Assembly: GCA_046052125.1 (NCBI GenBank)
Contig: JBJOMY010000003.1
Location: forward strand, 224,001 to 288,000
Length of the DNA: 64,000 bases
Origin: Cyanobacteriota bacterium
Lineage (GTDB): Bacteria > Cyanobacteriota > Cyanobacteriia > PCC-6307 > Cyanobiaceae
Direction: 5' to 3'
The position numbers and the translations under genes were made by a program. The notes below the pieces were generated by a model, which saw only the letters and a list, made by a program, of their open reading frames with translations, was not told the origin of the DNA and did no database searches. Below, in pieces: positions 8,728 to 16,167 of the stretch; the first letter of the stretch is position 1, and each line of letters begins with the position of its first letter.

Positions 8728-9162
8728 TCAATCCACGGGCACCGTCAGGGCTTTGGCCTCTTCGGCGCCGGCCTTCTTGGCGATACTCACCGTGAGCTCA
8801 CCGTTTTCACAGTGGGCATGCACGGTGTTGAGGTCGGCATCGCTCGGCAGTGAGAAGCTGCGGCTGAAGCTGCCATAGGAGCGTTCCACGCGGTGGAAGT
8901 GCGGATGCGTTTCCTCGCTTTCGCGCTTGCGCTCACCCTGAATGGTGAGCATGTCTTCGGCGATCGAAACGGACACATCCTCTTTGTTCATGCCGGGGAT
9001 ATCGGCTTTGAACAGATAGGTGCCGTCGCTTTCGCAGATATCCACACGGGGTCCCCATTCGCCTACGGGCATGGTGCTGCCAAAGCGCAATGTGGGCCAA
9101 TTGAAGGCGCGATCCACCATCGCTTCGATGTCAGTGAGGGGTTCCCACTTGATCAGACTCAT
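8728..9162 (-). CDS. Small heat-shock protein (Hsp20/alpha-crystallin)
   Basis: PRVDICE...ADIPGM.KEDVSV...LTIQGERK...RVERSYGSFSRSFSLP...ENGELTVSI. Confidence 0.93.
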   Translation of the reverse strand: MSLIKWEPLTDIEAMVDRAFNWPTLRFGSTMPVGEWGPRVDICESDGTYLFKADIPGMNKEDVSVSIAEDMLTIQGERKRESEETHPHFHRVERSYGSFSRSFSLPSDADLNTVHAHCENGELTVSIAKKAGAEEAKALTVPVD

Positions 9163-9243
9163 CGGATTGCCTCTTGGGAGATTGCTGGCTTTTTCAGGCT
9201 ATGGAGTGCTCTTGTTGCCTTGTTTCGATGCACACCATCTGGC

Positions 9244-9552
9244 TCAGATCAGCGGCGCTGCCCGCAGCCGACTTCTGCGGGCGTTCTCTTCGAGATTGCA
9301 GGGTTGGTAGTCGCCGCAGATCTGGTTGCGGCCGGTGTACGGCCACAGAGCCATCGGCACCTGCATGTCGCTCAGGCCATCACCACCGGGGTAGGGCGAG
9401 AAGTGCTGCGCCGCCTCGCTGATCTCGACGCGCTCGAGCGTGAACAGATTCGGAGCGTGGCGGGTGCACGGAGCGATCGCGCCCAGGGAGGTCATTTCCA
9501 TCCCATGGGATTGGTCCCAGTAGGAGCAGGTTTGGCAGTGCTGCGTATTCAT
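9244..9552 (-). CDS. Hypothetical Cys-rich, probably metal-binding protein
   Basis: CQTCSYW...CTRHAP...WPYT...ICGDYQPC; co-oriented between the SpoIIAA-like gene and hsp20. Confidence 0.6.
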   Translation of the reverse strand: MNTQHCQTCSYWDQSHGMEMTSLGAIAPCTRHAPNLFTLERVEISEAAQHFSPYPGGDGLSDMQVPMALWPYTGRNQICGDYQPCNLEENARRSRLRAAPLI

Positions 9553-9633
9553 GGCGTGTGCGGGCAGACACCACCAGCCAAGGGGCCCCAGATGTGCGTT
9601 GCGTTGCCGCCTGCAGAACTGCAGCAGCTCAGC

Positions 9634-10359
9634 TCAATCGAGACAAATCCATTCCTGCGCGGCCAACAGATCGTTGCTGCTGAAGGTTTGGCTATCGGCC
9701 TGGCTGAAGCTCTTGATCAACCGCTGGGCGATCTGCTGCAGGGGCCCGTGGCTCACCACCGCCAGTTTCTGGGGGCGATGGCGATAGTCGCGGATCAGGG
9801 CCAGGTGCTGGCGCAGGGCACCCAGGGCCAGCCAGCCATCGAACTGCCGCAGATCCAGCAGCACCCTGGGCCGCTCCACCTGGCTGAACACGTTGGCGAG
9901 GTCGTCGTCGATGCGGGCGTACACCTCCTGATCGAGCATGCCGATCAGGGAGATGGTGATCACCTCGCCCTGACGCTCCAGGTGCACCGTGCCCAGCGCT
10001 TCACTTAGCCAACGGCGTGCAGCGTCTTGCTCACTGAGTGAGAAGATCTGCACTGGATAGGGCAACAGCAGCGCCAGAGCCCGGCAGGCGCGTTTCACCC
10101 AGGCGATGTCGGTCACCACGGCCAGCCGCTCGAATCCATCCCAATGGCGCAGCCCGAGATTGGCGTCATCCCAGGCCGCCTCGAGGCTCAGGCCCTGAAA
10201 ATCCGGCTCGATCACCACCAGCGCTTTGATCCGTTCGAATTCCTGCAGGGCGGCTTCCACCTTGGGAATCACCAGCCGCTGCATCTCCTCGCCGCTGATC
10301 TGACCGCTGCAGCTGAAACCGAAGCTGCCGTCCGGGAGATGTTCGATCAGCTGGATCAT
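9634..10359 (-). CDS. Tandem SpoIIAA-like (STAS/SEC14) domain protein
   Basis: Two repeats: SGQISGEE...FQGLSLEAAWDD...FERLAVVTD..W...AARRWL and IGMLDQE...FDGW...KLAVV...AAQEWI. Confidence 0.85.
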   Translation of the reverse strand: MIQLIEHLPDGSFGFSCSGQISGEEMQRLVIPKVEAALQEFERIKALVVIEPDFQGLSLEAAWDDANLGLRHWDGFERLAVVTDIAWVKRACRALALLLPYPVQIFSLSEQDAARRWLSEALGTVHLERQGEVITISLIGMLDQEVYARIDDDLANVFSQVERPRVLLDLRQFDGWLALGALRQHLALIRDYRHRPQKLAVVSHGPLQQIAQRLIKSFSQADSQTFSSNDLLAAQEWICLD

Positions 10360-10444
10360 CGCTGTGCGCAGAAAGGTCGGCCGAAACCTATGGATGGCGC
10401 CCTGCAGCGTTTTGGGCTTGCGGCCCGATTGCCGCAGGCGTGCC

Positions 10445-11554
10445 TCACCCCGGCATCAGGCACCAACCGCCGTCCTGGCGCTGGCAGCGCCAGCCGCTGG
10501 GGCAGAGATCGAGGCCCATCTGCCGCTCGAGCAGTTGGCGATCCGCCGCCGATGGCTCCCTCAGCTGGAAGCCCCGCAGCTGAAACGGTTGCAGCCTCAG
10601 GCTCAGCAGCTGGCCGCTCTGCCGCTGCAGCTCCAGGCCGTAGAGGCAGATCAGATCGCATCGCCAGGGGGGATGCGGCGGCAGGCCTTCGTAGTCGTTG
10701 ATTAGATCACCGCAGCCGTAGAGGATCAGCCGGCCCTGATGGATCTCCAGGGGCAAGGCGTGGTGGGAGGAATGGCCATACACCACATCAACGCCCGCCA
10801 GCTCGATCAGTTGGCGCGCCAGCCAGCGGTGCTGCTCTGGCACCACCGGCACCCAGTTGGCACCCCAGTGCAGCGACACCACCACGCGATCACCCACCTG
10901 GCGTTGGCGGTTGATGCAGCGGCAGAGCCATTTCACGGTGCCGCTGTTGATGGTGCTCAGCAGCGCCACACCGGGATGGTTCGGTTGGGCGGCCCAGGCT
11001 GGGGGCACGCCACTGCTGGTGAAGGCCCAGGCGAAGAGCAGGAGCTGCCGGCCATCGGCAAGGGCTAAGCGGGCGGGTTGCTTGGCCTGGTGGGGGTTGA
11101 GCCCGGCGCCGCAGCTGGCGATGCCGGCCTGGTGTAGGGCCCGGAGCGTGTCGGCCAGGCCGTTGAAGCCCCAGTCGAGGCAGTGATTGTTGGCGAGGCT
11201 GCAGGCATCGATGCCGGCCGCCCGCAGGCTGGCGATGTTGGCGGGGTGCATGCGGAAGTGCACGCCTTTGCCGGGCCACGGCTGGCCGCCGCTGGTGATC
11301 GCGGTTTCCAAGTTCACGACCCGCAGCTCGGGGTCAAAGCGCTGGATCCAGCTCAGGCTGTCGCCCCAGACGCGCTCCGGGCTGAAGGGTGTGGCGATCG
11401 GCCCGATTCGCTGTTCCGCCAGAGCCACGTAGTGACGTGCATCGCGGGCGACGGTTTCGTGCAGGGCTGGATCGCAGTGCTGGGGCATCAGTTGGTCGAT
11501 GCCGCGCCCGAGCATCAGATCGCCCCCCAGCAGGAGCTTCAGGGCTGCGGGCAT
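10445..11554 (-). CDS. Second CapA-family protein, cytoplasmic type (no signal peptide)
   Basis: GGDLMLGRGIDQ, VNLETAIT, FRMHPAN, SLANNHCLDWG, VSLHWGANW, GHSSHH, LYGCGDLINDYEG. Confidence 0.9.
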   Translation of the reverse strand: MPAALKLLLGGDLMLGRGIDQLMPQHCDPALHETVARDARHYVALAEQRIGPIATPFSPERVWGDSLSWIQRFDPELRVVNLETAITSGGQPWPGKGVHFRMHPANIASLRAAGIDACSLANNHCLDWGFNGLADTLRALHQAGIASCGAGLNPHQAKQPARLALADGRQLLLFAWAFTSSGVPPAWAAQPNHPGVALLSTINSGTVKWLCRCINRQRQVGDRVVVSLHWGANWVPVVPEQHRWLARQLIELAGVDVVYGHSSHHALPLEIHQGRLILYGCGDLINDYEGLPPHPPWRCDLICLYGLELQRQSGQLLSLRLQPFQLRGFQLREPSAADRQLLERQMGLDLCPSGWRCQRQDGGWCLMPG

Positions 11555-11715
11555 TGCCGCTCAGCTCGAATCGCTTCTCTCGGCTTAGGTGTGGCGGTGC
11601 ATCGCGATCGGCGGGCTCCGCGTTTGTGCGGCATTGGTGTGGGGGAAGCGCCGCCCTGGCCCGTGGCGGCGCTGAAACCGCGCACCCTGGCCGCAGTGCT
11701 TGCAGCGGTTTGCGG

Positions 11716-12210
11716 ATGGGGTGCAACAACGGAACCTTTCATCTCGAATCGCCGGCCTTCCGTGATGGCGAGCTGATTCCGGTGATCCATACCGGTGAAG
11801 GCCTCAACCTCTCGCCGCCGCTGCGCTGGAGCGGTGCCCCGGCGGCCACGCGCAGCTACGCGCTGCTGCTGGAAGACCCGGATTCACCGGCCGGCAGCTG
11901 GGTGCATTGGCTGCTGTTCAACATTCCTGCTGCGCTGCGGGCCTTGCCGGCCGGGCTTGAGCGCGCGCCCGAATTGCCCAACGGCGCCCGCCACGGCAGT
12001 TGCTGGGGGGTGGGGCGATTCGAGCGGATCGGCTATCAGGGGCCGTTGCCCCCTGCTGGCAGCGCCCATCGCTACGTGTTTGAGCTGGTGGCTTTGGATG
12101 CGGCCCTGGATCTGCCGCCTGGCTGCACGGTGTTTGATCTGCGAGCGGCGATCCGCGCCCATGCCCTAGCACGGGCTGAGCTCACCGGGCTGTACGCCAG
12201 TGGCGACTAG
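11716..12210 (+). CDS. YbhB/YbcL (PEBP/Raf-kinase-inhibitor-like) protein
   Basis: LESPAFRDGELIP...NLSPPLRW...LLLEDPDSP..WVHWLLFNIP...GYQGPLPP...HRYVF. Confidence 0.9.
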   Translation: MGCNNGTFHLESPAFRDGELIPVIHTGEGLNLSPPLRWSGAPAATRSYALLLEDPDSPAGSWVHWLLFNIPAALRALPAGLERAPELPNGARHGSCWGVGRFERIGYQGPLPPAGSAHRYVFELVALDAALDLPPGCTVFDLRAAIRAHALARAELTGLYASGD

Positions 12211-12344
12211 GCAACCCGCCCCGTGAGTGTTAAAAAATCGACGCGGCAAACTGCTGCAAACTGCTGCACTCCTCTTCTTGCTTCTGTCATCCCCGGCGGG
12301 CGCTGTTCTGCTTGCAGCCCCCGTTCCTCCCGATTTGATCCCGC

Positions 12345-12563
12345 GTGACTGCTCGCAAACAGCTTTCGATGGTGTTGCCGGCTGAGCTGATTGAGGCGAT
12401 CAAGCAGCGCGCCACGGCTCAGGGGCTGAGCATCACCGCTTACATGTCGGCGCTGGTGCGCGCGGATTTGGGTCAGCCTGCATCGCCTGATCTGCATCAG
12501 CTGGCACAGCAGCTCGATGAGCTCCAGGCCCGTGTGGACGAGCTGGAGCGGTTGTGTCGCTGA
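12345..12563 (+). CDS. Ribbon-helix-helix protein with C-terminal coiled coil
   Basis: RKQLSMVLPAELIEAIKQRATAQGLSITAYMSALV, then heptads LAQQLDELQARVDELE. Confidence 0.75.
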   Translation: MTARKQLSMVLPAELIEAIKQRATAQGLSITAYMSALVRADLGQPASPDLHQLAQQLDELQARVDELERLCR

Positions 12564-12647
12564 GACCTTGAGGAAGCTCTTGATCGCTGTAGATCTGTTG
12601 TAGAACTGCGGCGCGCCGTTTTTGGGTTGGTGGCTGACTTCTCGACG

Positions 12648-12803
12648 ATGCGGGTAAGCCGTAGCAGCCGGATCAGCGTGAACCTCACCCCAGAAGAGCT
12701 GGCTCAGTTCCAAGCCGTTGCTGATGCTGAGGGGCGCAGTGTGAGCAACCTTTGCCATCAGCTGATCCAGGCCTTTCTGGCGCAGCGCAACAGCTCCGAT
12801 TGA
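12648..12803 (+). CDS. Ribbon-helix-helix protein (51 aa, below the ORF-track cutoff)
   Basis: Manual translation: MRVSRSSRISVNLTPEELAQFQAVADAEGRSVSNLCHQLIQAFLAQRNSSD; shares EGRSVSNL with the 5696-5977 protein. Confidence 0.8.
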   Translation: MRVSRSSRISVNLTPEELAQFQAVADAEGRSVSNLCHQLIQAFLAQRNSSD

Positions 12804-12874
12804 GCTGCGGTTGTGCGTGGCAGGCCCTGGCAGGCCCGCAGCCTGCTTTGGCTTAGGTGTCCGTGGAGCCAACC

Positions 12875-13027
12875 ATGCAGCTGTTACATCACTGGGGCTT
12901 TACAGAGCAGGCCGAACGCTGGAATGGCCGGCTGGCCATGCTGGGTTTTGTGATTGGTTTGATCACTGAATTGCTTACGGGCCAGAGCGTGATCGCCCAG
13001 TTGCGGATGCTTTCGCCCTGGCATTGA
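12875..13027 (+). CDS. hli: High-light-inducible protein (Hli/CAB-like, 50 aa)
   Basis: Manual translation: [50 protein letters not shown]; ExxNGRxAMxG motif. Confidence 0.92.
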   Translation: MQLLHHWGFTEQAERWNGRLAMLGFVIGLITELLTGQSVIAQLRMLSPWH

Positions 13028-13113
13028 GCAGAACTGCAGCAGCACAGCTTCAGGTTGTGTTGTTGCTTCCTTGAACGTTTCAGGCTGGTGTTGCCGTATG
13101 AGCGCGGAAGCGT

Positions 13114-13335
13114 GTGATGGACAACGCCAACTGGGAAATCGGTGTATCGGCAGACAGCTTGGATGAGCTGCTCAGTGGTGAGCAGGCAGGGATGAATCTC
13201 TGGTTTCTGGCTGGCTATGTGAAAGGGATCACCGATGGCCAGGCCCTGCAGGTGGGTGATCGACACCTCGTGCTGGAACCCGATGGCGACAACGGTTGGC
13301 GCCTGCGCTGTGGCGCGGTGGAGCCTGATCGCTGA
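13114..13335 (+). CDS. Hypothetical protein
   Basis: 73-aa ORF with globular-like composition; translationally coupled (TGATG) to the next ORF. Confidence 0.55.
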   Translation: MMDNANWEIGVSADSLDELLSGEQAGMNLWFLAGYVKGITDGQALQVGDRHLVLEPDGDNGWRLRCGAVEPDR

Positions 13336-13523
13336 TGAGCACGCTTCCGATCACCACCGCTTGCTACCGCAGCCGCATCGCTGCGTTGCAGAAGGAACTG
13401 CAGCTAATCCTTGATCAACTGCCGCAGGACCCGTGCAGCGCCTCCGATCTGCAAGTGCTGGAGGCGCGGGTACAGCCGATTTACGCCGCCATCTGGGCGA
13501 TGCACGCGGAGATCAGGGTTTGA
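13335..13523 (+). CDS. Hypothetical helical protein
   Basis: 62 aa; start overlaps the upstream stop. Confidence 0.55.
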   Translation: MSTLPITTACYRSRIAALQKELQLILDQLPQDPCSASDLQVLEARVQPIYAAIWAMHAEIRV

Positions 13524-13542
13524 AGGGCCTAGGCCTTTGCCC

Positions 13543-13737
13543 TCACTGGATCTGGGGCCGTTGTAGTGGGGTGTGTGTGCTGCTTGTGCGGCGTTCCAGC
13601 GAGCTTTCGAGCAGGTAGGCCGCCAGGTTGCTGATCGAGCGACCTTCGCGGCCGCTGCGTTCCACCAGGGCCTCGAGGGTGGAATGGGCCACGGTGATCG
13701 TGAGGCGCTGGCTGGAGCGGAAGCTGCTGGAGATCAT
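13543..13737 (-). CDS. Ribbon-helix-helix protein
   Basis: QRLTITVAHSTLEALVERSGREGRSISNLAAYLLE; paralogue of 5696-5977. Confidence 0.82.
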   Translation of the reverse strand: MISSSFRSSQRLTITVAHSTLEALVERSGREGRSISNLAAYLLESSLERRTSSTHTPLQRPQIQ

Positions 13738-13895
13738 CGGTGGATCCGTAAGGATTGCTTAAGGATTGGGGCTTGGCTTCGCTGTTGCCCAGTCCCTTCT
13801 TTTGGGACCCTTGAATTGGGGGGGGGTGAACTGAGTGGCTCTATTTTTGGTTCGCTTCGTTTTATTCAATATCTGCATGTACGCGGCTGAATGTT

Positions 13896-13916
13896 GATCT
13901 ACTAGCTTTGTAGATC
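13896..13916. promoter_or_regulatory. Inverted repeat GATCTAC-N7-GTAGATC, candidate operator in the divergent RHH/LuxR promoter
   Basis: Perfect 7-bp inverted repeat ending 18 bp before the LuxR start. Confidence 0.45.
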
Positions 13917-13933
13917 GTTTCTGTTTTGTTGAT

Positions 13934-14551
13934 TTGAGTGTTGTTGTGCTCGATGACCACCGGATGGTGGGGCAGTCCATCGCTGGTGTGTTGTCAGAGC
14001 TGGCTGGCCTGGTGGTTCTTGGCGTCTGCGCTTCGGTGGCAGAGGCCTGTGCCTTGATCCGCCAGTCACCGCCGCAGTTGCTGGTGTTGGATGTGGAGTT
14101 AGGGGCTGAGAACTATCGCGATGCAGCAGATCTGCATCTGCAGCTCAGTCCCCGCGGCGTATTGCTGTTTGTCACCGCCCTCGCGAGCCAGTTCACCCCA
14201 CCAGGAGATCTGGCTGAACGCACCATTGCCGTGGTGGACAAGGCCGAGCCCTTCGATGAGCTGCTGGTGGTGTTGAAGCGCTGGTGGCTGAACAGCCAGC
14301 AGCAGAGCGCCTTGCCGGGATGTTTGCAGCAGCTGCAGGCCATCCAGCTCCTCGCACCCCGCGAGCAGCGGTTGCTGCAGGAGCTCGGCTGCGGATTGCT
14401 CAACAAGGAGATCGCCGCGCGCCTGCAGCTCAGCGTTGCCACGGTGGAGACCTACCGCAAGGGTGTGGCCGCCAAGCTCGGCGTGAGCGGTCACGAGCTG
14501 GTGCGCCTGGCGGTGCTGGCCCGCGCCTTCAGCTGGATCGAGGTGTGCTGA
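13934..14551 (+). CDS. NarL/LuxR-family response regulator (orphan)
   Basis: Receiver VVVLDDH...LLVLDVEL...FVT...DK; HTH LAPREQRLL..LGCGLLNKEIAARLQLSVATVETYR. Confidence 0.9.
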   Translation: MSVVVLDDHRMVGQSIAGVLSELAGLVVLGVCASVAEACALIRQSPPQLLVLDVELGAENYRDAADLHLQLSPRGVLLFVTALASQFTPPGDLAERTIAVVDKAEPFDELLVVLKRWWLNSQQQSALPGCLQQLQAIQLLAPREQRLLQELGCGLLNKEIAARLQLSVATVETYRKGVAAKLGVSGHELVRLAVLARAFSWIEVC

Positions 14552-14593
14552 TCGGCCGCCTCAAGCGCCAAACCATGACCGTCAGCAAGGTCT

Positions 14594-14848
14594 TCACCAC
14601 ATCGGGCAACTCCAGCTGCCGCTGTGCATGGGTCCGCTCCCTGGAGCGCCTCGCCCACAGCGCTCCAGATCAGTCATGGTGCTGGCTTGGTTGATGCAAC
14701 GCAGCCGCTGCTCGATCAGTGCGCGCTGCTGTTGGCTCATCTGCAACATCTGCTGGCGCCGTTGCTGCAGGTCTGAAGGTTGCGCCTGGCCTGGGGCTGC
14801 TGCGCTGAGAGGCGCCATAGCGAGCAAGGTGGCAAGGAGAGCGCGCAT
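14594..14848 (-). CDS. Small secreted hypothetical protein
   Basis: Signal peptide MRALLATLLAMAPLSAAA; Gln-rich helix; Cys residues in C-x12-C and a terminal CPMW. Confidence 0.65.
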   Translation of the reverse strand: MRALLATLLAMAPLSAAAPGQAQPSDLQQRRQQMLQMSQQQRALIEQRLRCINQASTMTDLERCGRGAPGSGPMHSGSWSCPMW

Positions 14849-15348
14849 GGATCGAGGTGTGTGGGGCTATCCATGGCCTACGGCTGTCGGGCGGCTTCAG
14901 CGCACCGCGAGCAGTTGTCGCGTCAGATCGACTGCATCTCGGCGGCTATGGCCGATGGCTACAGCACCGAAGAACCGGCTTTGCTGCCTGGCTCTGCCAG
15001 AGCTGCCGGGCTGCCTACAAGCTGAAGGCTGAGCCGTTCAGCCAGGGTCATCTCTGCTTCGGAGACTGCGTAGCAGGCCAGGACCGCTCCAGGTCTCAGC
15101 GTTTGGTGGTGAGGCCACGGGCTGAATGGTCGTTGAGGCTGATGCAGTGCAATCGGTCTTGATACCAGCTTGCTGGCGCAGCTGGCAGCAAATGAAGAAC
15201 AGCATCCAGGCACACATCGCTGATGGGCACGGCCGTGGCCATGAACACGCGACGCTCTGGATGCTGTAGGTGGCGCAGTGCGATCAGATGGCGTTCAGGC
15301 CAACATTCCACGCCAGGGATACTGGTCAGCGGACACGGCTGAGCGAAC

Positions 15349-16059
15349 TCAGATCAAAATGAACTGGTCGGCTGTGATCAGCGGCGCACCCTCAAAGATG
15401 GCGAAGAGTCCACCCTTGTCACCAAAGCCTTTGTCCTCAGCGTTGGCGTTGAAATACAGCCGGTGGGCTGACTCATCATAGATGATGTCTGCATCGGTTT
15501 TCGATGCGCGCCTAAGTTGCTTGCCAGACGAAACACTTTTGAACTCGAGATCGTCAATTCCCTTGAACACGCGGCGAGACAGCTCCAGTTTGTCGCCATT
15601 GGATCCATTGAATCCCATGATTCGATCCACACGCCGGATACCCTTCTTCCGGAAGTAATCCGGAGAATCGAAGCGCAGGTGCAATCCATTACGTTGCAAG
15701 CTTGTGTTTCCTGGGCTTCCGGACAGCGTGCCACCTGGATTTGCCGCAGTTGCTGGGATGCTGCCGCTGTTGCTTGTACTCATATTGTAGTTATGAGTAA
15801 TTGAATTATACTCCTGTGTGGTTGAGCTTAATTGGTAGTTGTAGATGATGGTGTTGGTTGAATAGTCGATTGTTGAGAGAACAGCAACCTGGTTGCCATT
15901 TGATGTATTTGTGTAGCCATTTCCTGTGATCGGGTCCACGGGAGCGGCCGCACTGGTGTCTGCTGGCAGGAGCGGGCCAGCAACTGCAGTTGAAGTTGGT
16001 TCGGCTGGGGTTACTGGTTGTTCTGTGTTGTCAGTGGCTTCTGGAAAGGACTCGCTCAT
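15349..16059 (-). CDS. Putative type I secreted protein with RTX-protein-like C-terminal domain
   Basis: C-terminus DRIMGFNGSNGDKLEL...IIYDESAHRLYFNAN...GFGDKGGLFAIF..APLITADQFILI resembles the tails of cyanobacterial RTX proteins; directly downstream of hlyD. Confidence 0.65.
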   Translation of the reverse strand: MSESFPEATDNTEQPVTPAEPTSTAVAGPLLPADTSAAAPVDPITGNGYTNTSNGNQVAVLSTIDYSTNTIIYNYQLSSTTQEYNSITHNYNMSTSNSGSIPATAANPGGTLSGSPGNTSLQRNGLHLRFDSPDYFRKKGIRRVDRIMGFNGSNGDKLELSRRVFKGIDDLEFKSVSSGKQLRRASKTDADIIYDESAHRLYFNANAEDKGFGDKGGLFAIFEGAPLITADQFILI

Positions 16060-16167
16060 GCCGTGAGTGGTTGCGTGAATGACCTTCAAAAGCTATTGAT
16101 CCTCCTGTTGTCTGATGGCTAGAAACTGCATCAGGTGATGGGCGAAGTTGCCGCACTCTTGTTCAAG

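Noticed and set aside
11663..11776. Out-of-frame signal-peptide-like stretch (VAALKPRTLAAVLAAVCGWG) upstream of the YbhB core, suggesting a frameshift
   Set aside because: In-frame ATG 11716 already gives a normal-length cytoplasmic YbhB and there is no slippery site; raw reads or orthologues would be needed to reopen this.
12247..12268. Direct repeat GCAAACTGCT x2 upstream of RHH 12345 as a CRISPR or iteron remnant
   Set aside because: Only two adjacent 10-bp units with no spacers, cas or rep gene; at most an operator.
14857..15311. Several overlapping short ORFs between the secreted protein and the RTX-tail gene
   Set aside because: No frame could be preferred and no motif was recognised; possibly a degraded remnant, so left uncalled.
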